Shown: one piece after another, positions 40,466 to 49,483 of the stretch
Position numbering within the stretch: position 1 is the stretch's first letter
Layout of the letters: each line of letters begins with the position of its first letter
From: Thermodesulfobacteriota bacterium
GTDB lineage: Bacteria > Desulfobacterota_D > UBA1144 > Nemesobacterales > Nemesobacteraceae
Direction of reading: 5' to 3'
NCBI GenBank assembly: GCA_965202785.1
Contig: OZ241855.1
Span: 672,001-736,000 of the forward strand
Length of the DNA stretch: 64,000 bases
Notes under the pieces: generated by a model
What the model saw: only the letters and a program-made list of their open reading frames with translations
Told to the model about the DNA's origin: nothing
Databases searched by the model: none
Program-made: the position numbers and the translations under genes

Positions 40466-41881
40466 CTACTGGTGGAACACGAATATCTCGCTAATCAAAG
40501 CTACCACTGTGCTTGTCGAAGTAGCACTGGTTAAATACGCAACAGTGGCTCCACCCACTTTAACCTCACTCTCACCTGCTGGCGCGCCAGATCTAGTAGA
40601 CTCTGCCACTGTTATTTCCCTTTTGTCGCTAGGAAATTCTACCAGAGCAACTCGGTCTTTTTCCGCACCAGGAGTAGCAGAGTAATTAAGGGTAAGGATA
40701 TCAGCCGGCTGCCCGTGGGAAACTACATAAATATCGTTGCCTCCCCCGCCGTCCAGCGCATCCCCAGCGCCTCCAGGGCTGATCAGCCTATCTTCGCCTT
40801 CACCACCGGTAATAGCACCGCCGCCAGCACCGCCTGTGAGCGTGTTGGCTTCTCCATCTCCTGTAAGCGCTACTGCAGTAGTGACGCCTGGCCTCACTGC
40901 CAAGTTCTCGAAGCCGCTAAAAGTAGCAGCAGTCTGGTCTACGAGACTGGTGTCTGCTGCAACTATGAGAGTATCGTTACCCTCTCCGCCATTAAGTACG
41001 TTTGTTCCTGGACCGCCATCAATCGTATCATCCCCTCCACCGCCATTAATAATATCATCCCCAGTGTCGGCAGCAGCGCCGGATACGGGATCAGCAGCGG
41101 CGAGCCCTCCACTAAGCACGTTATTGCCACCGTCTCCGGTGATTGTATCTGTGCCGCTGGAACCGATAACGTTTTCGATGCCTTCATAGGTATCTTCCGG
41201 CTGCGGATCCGCATCATCATCCTCAGGATCAGGAGTAGGAGTAACAAACTGGTTGTAACCCGCCGCAAGATTAATCTGTATACCTGTTATATTGGGGTCT
41301 TGGGTGGCAGTAATAATAGCGTCCATACCCGGAAAGGCGAAACTTATAGTGTCCGTGCCGGCACCGCCAATGAAGTCATCCGATCCGTCTGAACCCGCCA
41401 TAGACCAAAAGATATCATCTCCGGGTCCGCCGTCCATAACATCCATACCAGCCTGGCCGGCTATATCATCGTTACCTTCGTTACCATACAGTCTATCATT
41501 ATGATCTCCACCTCTTATTAGGTCATTTCCGGGTCCGCCCATGATTTCATCATCCCCTTCGTTACCATAAAGGACATCGTCTCCTCCCCCACCAGAAATC
41601 TCGTCGTCTCCATCTCTGCCATTAATTCTGTTTCGATCATCAGCACCGCAGATAACATCGCTTCCGGTACTCCCGTCATACGCCCTAATACCCTCAACCC
41701 TGTCACAGCCCTCAGGTTCTGTATCGTCACCATCACCAGATCCCGACCCAGTACCTGGGGGTCCTGGGGGTCCTTGCTGGCCTGGAGGCCCTTCGGGACC
41801 AGTATCCCCCTCGCATGCCCCAAGACCTAAAATCAATCCAGAGCAAAGAAATAACATCAAGAACATCTTAGTGAACTTCAT
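40466..41881 (-). CDS. Lipoprotein with collagen-like stalk and RTX-like Ca-binding repeats, paralog 2
   Basis: GGAGG RBS; lipobox LGAC; GDTGPEGPPGQQGPPGPPG; many GGxGxDxIx repeats; IENVIG motif. Confidence 0.9.
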   Translation of the reverse strand: MKFTKMFLMLFLCSGLILGLGACEGDTGPEGPPGQQGPPGPPGTGSGSGDGDDTEPEGCDRVEGIRAYDGSTGSDVICGADDRNRINGRDGDDEISGGGGDDVLYGNEGDDEIMGGPGNDLIRGGDHNDRLYGNEGNDDIAGQAGMDVMDGGPGDDIFWSMAGSDGSDDFIGGAGTDTISFAFPGMDAIITATQDPNITGIQINLAAGYNQFVTPTPDPEDDDADPQPEDTYEGIENVIGSSGTDTITGDGGNNVLSGGLAAADPVSGAAADTGDDIINGGGGDDTIDGGPGTNVLNGGEGNDTLIVAADTSLVDQTAATFSGFENLAVRPGVTTAVALTGDGEANTLTGGAGGGAITGGEGEDRLISPGGAGDALDGGGGNDIYVVSHGQPADILTLNYSATPGAEKDRVALVEFPSDKREITVAESTRSGAPAGESEVKVGGATVAYLTSATSTSTVVALISEIFVFHQ

Positions 41882-42307
41882 GCGAAAAATCCTCCTTAAA
41901 TAATAATTTTCAAAACGATTAAAAATATTTATGTGCTAATTTCACGAAATTAACAAATTAAGGAATATTAATTCCAGCAAAATTAATGTCATCACTGATT
42001 ACTCTACATGAAAACACATTGAAGTGTCAACATATTTTTCCAACTTCACTAAAACCACCGCCTTGGAAACCAAACGGTACGGGAGGAAGCAATAAACCCC
42101 CACCTAGCTCAAACAATAACACTAATAAGACCGAAATTCAACCTATATTAATAAAAACCGAAATTCACGGGCAAATCAAGCGCCACCGTGCTCCGCTCCG
42201 ATCACGTTCAAGCACCCACTCAAACCTAAGCCAAAACCATAACGCGAAAGCCGAGTTTTACAAGCGTTCAAGTGCTGGCCTCTTGAACCCGCGTGACACG
42301 GACCGTG

Positions 42308-43858
42308 CTAAATTCCCTTAAGCTCGGAGCCCCGACGCGGATGCTCCTTTCTCCAGCGAAGCCTGTTAAGCGCGCTGACGAAAGCCTTCGCGCTCGCTAT
42401 GGAAATATCTGTATCCACCCCCTGGCCCTGCGATATCACCCCCTCATCCGATATTCTGACGGTAACTTCTCCCTGAGCGTCGGTTCCTCCGGTTATCGAG
42501 GAAACCGAAAAATTCTCAAGCCTGGGATCAAAACCCGTCGCTTTCTTAACCGCCTTGAAAATCGCGTCAACCGGCCCAGAGCCCGTCTCGCGAACCGAGA
42601 TCTCCTCCCCTCCCGCCATGATCGTGACGCTAGCCTTGGGCGATGAGTCCGTTCCGCCCGAGTAGCTCGCGGCCGCAAACTCGTAATAATCAGAGGAACG
42701 CAGAAACTCCTGGTTTATCAGCGCCTCTATGTCCTCGTCAAAAACATATTTCTTCTTGTCGGCAAGCGCCTTGAACTTCGTGAACGCGTTCTCGAAAGCC
42801 TCAGGCTCCAAAACGTACCCGTACTCCTCGAGGCGGTCGCGAAACGCGTGGCGCCCCGAGTGCTTGCCGAGCACTATCTGGTTAGAGGGAATCCCCACTT
42901 CCTGCGGGGTCATTATCTCGTAGGTTATGCTCTCCTTAAGCACCCCGTCCTGGTGTATGCCCGCCTCGTGTGCAAAGGCGTTTGCTCCCACGATCGCCTT
43001 GTTCGGCTGCACGTTAACCCCCGTCACCTGGGAAACGAGCCTGCTCGTTGGATATATCTGCGTCGTGTTTATCCCGAAAGCGTAGGGCTTCTTGTCGCTT
43101 CTCACGCTTAAGCCCATCACTATTTCCTCAAGCGATGCGTTGCCGGCCCTCTCCCCGAGGCCGTTAACCGTGCACTCAACCTGCCTTGCCCCCTCGCTTA
43201 TGGCCGCGTGGGAGTTCGCTACCGCGAGGCCGAGATCGTTGTGGCAGTGAACGCTCAGGATCACATCGTCTAGGTTCGGAACATTTTTTACGAGCGTATG
43301 GATTATGTAGGCGAACTCCTCGGGAATCGTATATCCGACCGTGTCGGGGATGTTGATGGTGGTGGCCCCCGAGCGGACGGCCACGTCGACCGCGGTGCAG
43401 AGATAGTCTATATCGGTTCGCGTCGCGTCCTCGCAGGAGAACTCGACGTTGCCGGTGTAGTTTCTCGCGTGCTTGACGGCGCCGCTTATCATCTCGAGTA
43501 CCTGGTCCCTCGTTTTTCTTAACTTGTGCCTAAGATGTATCTCAGAGGTGGCGATGAAGGTGTGTATCCTCGGGTTCTCTGAGTGCTGAACGGCCTCCCA
43601 GCCGCGGTCTATGTCCTTCATGTTCGCCCTGCAGAGCCCGGCTATCTGGCAGCCCTTTATCCTCTGCGCTATTTTCTTTACGGACTGGAAGTCCTCCTCA
43701 GAGGATATGGGAAACCCGGCCTCTATTATGTCCACCCCCAGGCGCTCTAGCTGATAGGCGACCCGAAGCTTCTCCTCCGAGGTCATGCTGCAGCCCGGGG
43801 CTTGCTCTCCGTCCCGAAGCGTCGTATCGAATATGTGTATGTAGTTGCTCTTCGACAT
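42308..43858 (-). CDS. leuA: 2-isopropylmalate synthase
   Basis: FDTTLRDGEQ, PDTVG, HCHNDLG, GERAGN, HEAGIHQDG, LGKHSGR; start ATG 43858. Confidence 0.97.
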   Translation of the reverse strand: MSKSNYIHIFDTTLRDGEQAPGCSMTSEEKLRVAYQLERLGVDIIEAGFPISSEEDFQSVKKIAQRIKGCQIAGLCRANMKDIDRGWEAVQHSENPRIHTFIATSEIHLRHKLRKTRDQVLEMISGAVKHARNYTGNVEFSCEDATRTDIDYLCTAVDVAVRSGATTINIPDTVGYTIPEEFAYIIHTLVKNVPNLDDVILSVHCHNDLGLAVANSHAAISEGARQVECTVNGLGERAGNASLEEIVMGLSVRSDKKPYAFGINTTQIYPTSRLVSQVTGVNVQPNKAIVGANAFAHEAGIHQDGVLKESITYEIMTPQEVGIPSNQIVLGKHSGRHAFRDRLEEYGYVLEPEAFENAFTKFKALADKKKYVFDEDIEALINQEFLRSSDYYEFAAASYSGGTDSSPKASVTIMAGGEEISVRETGSGPVDAIFKAVKKATGFDPRLENFSVSSITGGTDAQGEVTVRISDEGVISQGQGVDTDISIASAKAFVSALNRLRWRKEHPRRGSELKGI

Positions 43859-43955
43859 CCCTGAAACCTTGCTCCTTGCCTTGCCGCAAAAGCAGATTTC
43901 TACACGCACCCGGCGCAGTTGTCAAAAACAATTTCGCAGGGAATATGCCTGGCGC

Positions 43956-44222
43956 TCAAAGCGAATCCGTGTGACCGAGGTCCATGCCCGGACACACGGC
44001 GTCTCGCACCGCGCGCTTAAGTTCCTTTATCTCGGGGAACCTTCCCGTCTCCTTTCGCGACCACACAAGCTCTCCGTCCGCACGCACCTCGAACACTCCC
44101 CCGCTTGAGGGAACAAGCGACACCCCGCCGAGCGCTTCCCCGAAAGTGCCCAGAAGCTCCTGCGCCATCCAGACAGAGCGCGGAAGCCAGCCGCAGCGCG
44201 TGCAGTACTTTATCTCTACCAT
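43956..44222 (-). CDS. Rdx (SelT/SelW/SelH) family protein, Cys form
   Basis: IKYCTRCGW..R..W.AQELL.TF, GGVFEV, FPE.KELK..VRD. Confidence 0.92.
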   Translation of the reverse strand: MVEIKYCTRCGWLPRSVWMAQELLGTFGEALGGVSLVPSSGGVFEVRADGELVWSRKETGRFPEIKELKRAVRDAVCPGMDLGHTDSL

Positions 44223-44360
44223 TTCGCCTTTATCTCCTCGCCCGAGGCGCTCACGCAAAGCCGCCTCCACAAGTTGATTATAAAGGCAAAAAAGATATAC
44301 TCAAAGACGAGGGAAGCTTTTCCCCGAATCGAACTTTTTCCCGGAGAGAGACCAAAGAAA

Positions 44361-44741
44361 ATGAAAAACCGAATCTTGCTCGCAACGCTTGTTTTTTCCT
44401 GCGCGCTCTTTCTCGCGGTCGGGTCCTCCCAGGCGGCCGACAGCGCGAAGGGGCAGGAAATCTACACCACCTTCTGCGCGACCTGCCACGGCCCCACGGG
44501 GCTTGGCGACGGGGTCGCGGCAGCCGCTCTCGATCCCAAGCCGAGGGACCTCTCGAGCGCCGCGATCCTCGAGACCTACACGGACGAGTACCTGGTAAAC
44601 GTGATAACAAACGGCGGGGCGGCAGTCGGCAAATCCCCGATGATGACCGCTTGGGCCGGGATAATAAGTCCCGAGGACATAGACAACGTGGTGGCGCACA
44701 TAAGGCAGAACCTCTGCAAGTGCGAGTATAAAAAGCAGTAG
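44361..44741 (+). CDS. Monoheme cytochrome c
   Basis: Signal peptide, CATCH, G.GDG, PKPRD, distal Met (SPMM.AW). Confidence 0.92.
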   Translation: MKNRILLATLVFSCALFLAVGSSQAADSAKGQEIYTTFCATCHGPTGLGDGVAAAALDPKPRDLSSAAILETYTDEYLVNVITNGGAAVGKSPMMTAWAGIISPEDIDNVVAHIRQNLCKCEYKKQ

Positions 44742-44744
44742 CGT

Positions 44745-44800
44745 AAAAAACGCGGCCCCCTCGGGAGAGACCCCGAAGGCAGCCGCGCCCCTTTTTTCCT
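44745..44800. terminator. Probable bidirectional terminator
   Basis: A-run, cgcggc...gccgcg GC hairpin, T-run between convergent genes. Confidence 0.6.
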
Positions 44801-44816
44801 TATTATATATAAGGGC

Positions 44817-45698
44817 TCAGACTCCCCTTTCCTCAAGGCCCGGGGGAAGTTCTCCGTAATAGGGAGAGTCCTCCTCGTACATCTCAAGGACCTTCTCCTT
44901 CGGCATGTCGCACATATCTTCCGTGAAACCGAACATCCTGCATATGTGGCGAAGCTCCTCCTCCCTTCCTGGAAGCGGGTCCATGGGCTGTATAAGCTTC
45001 TGTCCCTCAAGCTCCTTTCTGACGTCCTGGTCCTCGGCAAGCGGAGTTCCGTACTCGTTTGAGTGATAGAGCCTGTCGAACCTCTTCCTCGGCCTCTGCC
45101 CGGGATCCTCGGCCGGGTATCCCACCGTCATGAGCCAGATGGGAACTATGTTCTCGGGAGTCCCGAGCACCTTCGGGAACTCTGCCGGCTTTCTCCCCGT
45201 GGCGATAAGGCAGCACCCGAGTCCCATGTCGGTGGCCGCGAGCATGGCGTTCGCTATGGCCTGGCCCGCCTCGACCCTCAGGAGATCCTCCGCCCTGTCC
45301 TTTGGAAAGCTCATGAGCCTCGGATAGGTGTTCTCGGTCAGTATCTTGTAGGTCCAGCCGTGGGCGGCGGTTATGGCCCTTGCGGGAAACAGCACCTGGA
45401 AGGTCTGTATGAGTTCCTTGTACCAGGCGTCCATGTTTATGAGCCACGCCACGATAATCGGGGCCTGGCGCAGGTGAATCTCGTTAAACGCGGATCCGCA
45501 CTCAACTATCTTCTCGAACTTCTCCGGGGGATAGGTCCTCTTGTCTATAACTATCGCCTCGGTCGAGTTGCAGTTGCCCTGGCAGGAGCAGTAGCGCGCC
45601 GCCTGGAGCATCTTCTGTATCTTCCAGTCCTCAACCTCTTTCCAGGGCTTGTAGAACCGGAAACTTCTCCTAGTGCCCATTGCTTCAAAAACTTCCAT
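44817..45698 (-). CDS. Nitroreductase-family flavoprotein
   Basis: TRRSFRFY, MLAA..MGLGCC, MTVGYPAE...RPRK motifs. Confidence 0.85.
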   Translation of the reverse strand: MEVFEAMGTRRSFRFYKPWKEVEDWKIQKMLQAARYCSCQGNCNSTEAIVIDKRTYPPEKFEKIVECGSAFNEIHLRQAPIIVAWLINMDAWYKELIQTFQVLFPARAITAAHGWTYKILTENTYPRLMSFPKDRAEDLLRVEAGQAIANAMLAATDMGLGCCLIATGRKPAEFPKVLGTPENIVPIWLMTVGYPAEDPGQRPRKRFDRLYHSNEYGTPLAEDQDVRKELEGQKLIQPMDPLPGREEELRHICRMFGFTEDMCDMPKEKVLEMYEEDSPYYGELPPGLEERGV

Positions 45699-45754
45699 TA
45701 TAAATCCCTCCTTTGTTTCTGGTTTGTTTTCTAAAAGTTTCTTCCCCGCCGCGC

Positions 45755-46519
45755 CTAAAGCGTGGTCCAGCCCCCGTCTATAACAAGATCGGAACCCGTA
45801 ACGTACCGGGCCTCGTCCGAAGCCAGGTAGAGCACCGAGTGGGCCACTTCCTCCGCTTCGGCCCTTCTCACCAGGGGAATCATGTCGGCCGCTATCGCGT
45901 CAAGCTGCTCCTCCGCGTCCGGGGGGTTCCCCATGAACTCGGGGTCCATCTTGGTCTTTATGTAGCCGGGACAGACGGAGTTCGTCCTTATATTGTCCTT
46001 TGCGTGATCAAGGGCCATGCTTCTTGTTATCTGCCTCACGGCCCCCTTCGAGGCATTGTACGCGACGCAGCCCTCCATTCCCACTATGCCGAGCACGCTT
46101 GAGTTGTTGATTATGGAACCCCCGCCGTGCTTTGCCATAAGCGGAACCACGTACTTGCTTACGAGAAAGACCCCCTTCACGTTTATGTCGATCGTGCGGT
46201 CCCAGACCTCGTTAGAGGTCGTTACCACCGTGCCGCCCTCTAAAATCCCCGCGTTATTAAACAGTATGTCCACGCTCCCGAAATCCCCGTAGAAGGCTTC
46301 TACCACCCTCTTTACGTCCTCTTCCACTGAAACGTCCCCTGGATAGGCCTTTATCTCCCCGGGTCCCGGGTTCTCCGCCACCACCTCTGAAAGCCTCTCG
46401 GCGGTTCTTGACATTATGCCCACGTTGGCGCCTTCAGCGGAGAACAGAAGCGCCGTGGCTTTTCCTATTCCTTCTCCCCCGCCCGTTATGAGCGCGGTCT
46501 TTCCATCAAGTCTTCCCAT
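45755..46519 (-). CDS. Short-chain dehydrogenase/reductase
   Basis: TGGGEGIG, NNAG, YNASK, IRTNSVCPG, IDGG; start ATG 46519. Confidence 0.95.
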   Translation of the reverse strand: MGRLDGKTALITGGGEGIGKATALLFSAEGANVGIMSRTAERLSEVVAENPGPGEIKAYPGDVSVEEDVKRVVEAFYGDFGSVDILFNNAGILEGGTVVTTSNEVWDRTIDINVKGVFLVSKYVVPLMAKHGGGSIINNSSVLGIVGMEGCVAYNASKGAVRQITRSMALDHAKDNIRTNSVCPGYIKTKMDPEFMGNPPDAEEQLDAIAADMIPLVRRAEAEEVAHSVLYLASDEARYVTGSDLVIDGGWTTL

Positions 46520-46589
46520 TTTTATATCTCCCTTGCTCCGGGTAAGAAACCCTGCTTTTTTTTCAAGTTTTATTATATAATAACCCATT

Positions 46590-47495
46590 ATGAGCAACGG
46601 AAAATCTTTTACGGCGGCGGCGGTGCAGGCCGCTCCCGTTTTTCTCGACAAAAAGGGCACGGTCGAGAAAGTCCTGAGACTTATAAAAGAGGCTGCGGGA
46701 AACGGGGCTGAGCTTGTGGCTTTTCCAGAGGCTTTCATACCCACCTATCCCTACTGGCCGAAGGATATGGGGTTCGGCGCCGAGAAAAAGCTCACCATGG
46801 ACGCCCACGTAGAGCTTCACAGAAACTCGGTCGAGGTTCCGGGAGAGGAGACGAAGAGAATCGGGGATGCGGCAAGGCGTGCCAAGACCTGCGTCGTAAT
46901 AGGGGTTAACGAAAAAGAGGGAGGAACGCTTTACAACACCATCCTTTATTTCGGCAAGGACGGCACCCTTCTCGGCAGGCACAGGAAACTCATGTCGATT
47001 GACAGCGAAAAATGCGTCTGGGCCAACGGAACCGCCGAGGACGTGAGGGTATTCGACACCGAAGTCGGAAAGATAGGAGGGCTTTTCTGCTACGAGCACC
47101 ACATGACCCTTGAGAAGTACGCGATGTTCACCAAGGGGGAGCAGGTGCACGTGGGGCTCTGGGGAGGACACGGATTCGTCAAGGATACGATGGACTTTGC
47201 AAGCCGCCAGTACGCGTTTGAGGGACAGGTGTTTGTTATAATGTCAGCCGGCTTCATCGAAGAAGACATGGTTCCCGACTCCTTTCCCCTTAAAAAGCAG
47301 ACGATCTGGGACTATCCTGGGGGAAGCGGCATATTAAACCCCAGAGGGCAGTACATCGCCGGTCCCGTGTACGGAAAGGAAGAGATCCTCTACGCCGAAA
47401 TCGAGCTTGATCAGATAATAAGGGCGAAGACCGTTATAGACTGCGTGGGACACTTCTCAAGGCCGGATATATTCCGCTTCGAGATAATGGAGTGA
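46590..47495 (+). CDS. Nitrilase (carbon-nitrogen hydrolase)
   Basis: Catalytic E-K-C: FPEAF, HRKL, FCYEH; C-terminal D.VGHFSRPD. Confidence 0.9.
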   Translation: MSNGKSFTAAAVQAAPVFLDKKGTVEKVLRLIKEAAGNGAELVAFPEAFIPTYPYWPKDMGFGAEKKLTMDAHVELHRNSVEVPGEETKRIGDAARRAKTCVVIGVNEKEGGTLYNTILYFGKDGTLLGRHRKLMSIDSEKCVWANGTAEDVRVFDTEVGKIGGLFCYEHHMTLEKYAMFTKGEQVHVGLWGGHGFVKDTMDFASRQYAFEGQVFVIMSAGFIEEDMVPDSFPLKKQTIWDYPGGSGILNPRGQYIAGPVYGKEEILYAEIELDQIIRAKTVIDCVGHFSRPDIFRFEIME

Positions 47496-47529
47496 CTTCG
47501 CCCAGGACAATAACTTGTCCACTGGTCAT

Positions 47530-47979
47530 TTAGTCCCAAAGCTTAGGGTTCGGGTTCCGCGCCAGTTCGTCGGCAATCTGCAGGATTTTCTCCTGCCTAT
47601 CGCTTACATTCTGCGCTTCCAGCATCATGCTTTGATCTACCGGATCAAAAATATCGCTGGCCTTTCTGATCGCTTGCTTGTGTAAGATCCCTGCCAAGTC
47701 GCCTTCATTTGGAACAAAAGCATAAACGAGCCTGCAATCTAGTGCTTCGGCAGCTTTGCGGAGTGATTTTAACTTAATGACATCGTCCGCCTCGTTTTTC
47801 TCCAGACGAGCGGCGGATTGCTGCGTGATACCCATACGTTCTGCCATCTGCCGGACACTCATGCCAAGCGAGGTGCGGACAGCACGTATCCAGCCTCCCG
47901 AAGGACGGTCACAAACATTCACTCTGGAGAGGTGATCATCCAGTGCCCTCAATTGCATATACTTAAATTTGTTCATCAT
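47530..47979 (-). CDS. Mobile mystery protein A (XRE-type HTH)
   Basis: P..GWIRAVRTSLGMS..Q.A.R.G, L..AAEALDC.LVYAFVP, M.LEAQ, LWD end. Confidence 0.9.
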   Translation of the reverse strand: MMNKFKYMQLRALDDHLSRVNVCDRPSGGWIRAVRTSLGMSVRQMAERMGITQQSAARLEKNEADDVIKLKSLRKAAEALDCRLVYAFVPNEGDLAGILHKQAIRKASDIFDPVDQSMMLEAQNVSDRQEKILQIADELARNPNPKLWD

Positions 47980-47982
47980 ATC

Positions 47983-48031
47983 ACAGCCTATATTCTGTAA
48001 ATAGAAAGAATAATAACAGAATAAAAGCTGT
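47983..48031. promoter_or_regulatory. Pair of ACAG-N8-CTGT operator-like sites
   Basis: acagcctatattctgt (47983-47998) and acagaataaaagctgt (48016-48031), inverted relative to each other, just upstream of the start codon. Confidence 0.6.
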
Positions 48032-48069
48032 AAGCAAAGCTTGATAAGGGAAGAGTCATCAAAAACGGT

Positions 48070-48143
48070 TGGCTGGGGCACTAGGATTCGAACCTAGACT
48101 AGCGGATCCAGAGTCCGCTGTACTGCCGTTATACGATGCCCCA
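48070..48143 (-). tRNA. tRNA-Gln (CTG)
   Basis: TGGGGCA acceptor, anticodon arm GCGGA-CTCTGGA-TCCGC, GGTTCGAATCC, encoded CCA. Confidence 0.97.
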
Positions 48144-48292
48144 GAGTGCGAAGAAAAGATTATTTACTCTAAACCCCGCGGTGTCAAACCGGTGAAAACT
48201 ACCGCGGCCGGGGTTGATTACTCGTGGCCATCCAAGTAAATTAGCGGATACGGAGGTGGCGCCCGCAAAGGCCGCGCGGCGTTTTCTGGCCC

Positions 48293-48652
48293 ATGGACGA
48301 ACCGAACCCGGAAATCCTTGAGACTTTCGAGAACAAAAACCCGGAGAGGGATTACGAGATCGAGATATCGTGTCCCGAGTTCACCTGCGTCTGCCCGAAA
48401 ACGGGGCAGCCGGACTTTGCGACCATCACAATAAAGTACGTCCCCGACAGGCTCTGCGTGGAACTTAAGTCCCTTAAGCTCTACATGTTCTCCTACAGGA
48501 ACACGGGCGAGTTCCACGAGCACGTGACAAACAGGATCCTTAACGATTTCGTCTCCGCGTGTGACCCGAGGTCGGTCGAGGTGACGGGTGACTTCAACGT
48601 CCGCGGCGGAATAAAGACGGTAGTCCGGGCCTCACACAGAAAGGACGCCTGA
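48293..48652 (+). CDS. queF: NADPH-dependent 7-cyano-7-deazaguanine reductase
   Basis: [31 protein letters not shown]. Confidence 0.96.
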   Translation: MDEPNPEILETFENKNPERDYEIEISCPEFTCVCPKTGQPDFATITIKYVPDRLCVELKSLKLYMFSYRNTGEFHEHVTNRILNDFVSACDPRSVEVTGDFNVRGGIKTVVRASHRKDA

Positions 48653-48673
48653 GCGTCCCGGGCCCAAGACAGC

Positions 48674-49483
48674 ATGTACGTAAAAACCCAGGTAATAATC
48701 ACGGGAACGATAATACTGCTTATAATTCTGGTCGCGATTTTCGCGCCCGTTCTCTCCCCCTACGAGTACGACCAGACGAATTTCTCAAACGCCCTTCGCG
48801 CTCCCGACTCCGTGCACCTCATGGGAACGGACCAGGAAGGCCGCGATCTGCTGAGCAGGGTAATTCATGGATCGAGGATATCGATAGCGGTTGCGGTGGG
48901 AACCGCGGCGATGGCCCTTGTCATCGGAACGGTTCTCGGGGCGGTCTCGGGATACGCCGGGGGGAAAACGGACGAGCTGATAATGCGCACTGTTGACGTG
49001 TTCTACGCCGTTCCTGATCTTCTGCTTATCGTTCTTCTCACTCTCGTCATCGGAACCGGGGTTACGGGCATAGTCATATCCCTGGGGATAATGTCGTGGA
49101 TGAGGGTCGCCAGGATAGTGAGGGGAAGCGTTTTGCAGATAAAGTCGTTTGAGTACGTTGAGTCCGCAAGGGCGCTCGGGGCCTCGCCACGGATCATTCT
49201 CGCAAGGCACATACTTCCGAACACGCTGAGCCCGCTCATAGTCACCGTCACGTTTTCGGTGCCCTACGCGATTCTCACCGAATCCACCCTGAGCTTTCTC
49301 GGCCTCGGGATATCCCCGCCTGAGGCGAGCTGGGGAACGCTTGCGAGCACCGGGTGGCAGGGAATAAGGACCTTCCCCCACCTTATAGTGTTTCCAAGCG
49401 TGGCGATTTTCATAACGGCGCTTTCCTTTAATCTCTTCGGGGAGGGCATAAGAGACCTTCTGGCCACGGAGAACTCAAGGTAA
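48674..49483 (+). CDS. Peptide ABC transporter permease (OppC/DppC-type)
   Basis: GTDQEGRDL.SR, EAA-like EYVESARALGA..RHILPN, LSFLGLG..PP..SWG. Confidence 0.93.
   Translation: MYVKTQVIITGTIILLIILVAIFAPVLSPYEYDQTNFSNALRAPDSVHLMGTDQEGRDLLSRVIHGSRISIAVAVGTAAMALVIGTVLGAVSGYAGGKTDELIMRTVDVFYAVPDLLLIVLLTLVIGTGVTGIVISLGIMSWMRVARIVRGSVLQIKSFEYVESARALGASPRIILARHILPNTLSPLIVTVTFSVPYAILTESTLSFLGLGISPPEASWGTLASTGWQGIRTFPHLIVFPSVAIFITALSFNLFGEGIRDLLATENSR

Noticed and set aside
43860-43955. Leucine attenuator before leuA
   Set aside because: No Leu-rich leader peptide or terminator found.
43956-44222. SelW-like gene as a selenoprotein
   Set aside because: Motif is CxxC with no in-frame TGA.
47460-47529. 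Intact mobile mystery protein B after protein A
   Set aside because: The ATG-initiated frame enters the nitrilase antisense strand within ~12 codons; the TPL match is probably coincidental.
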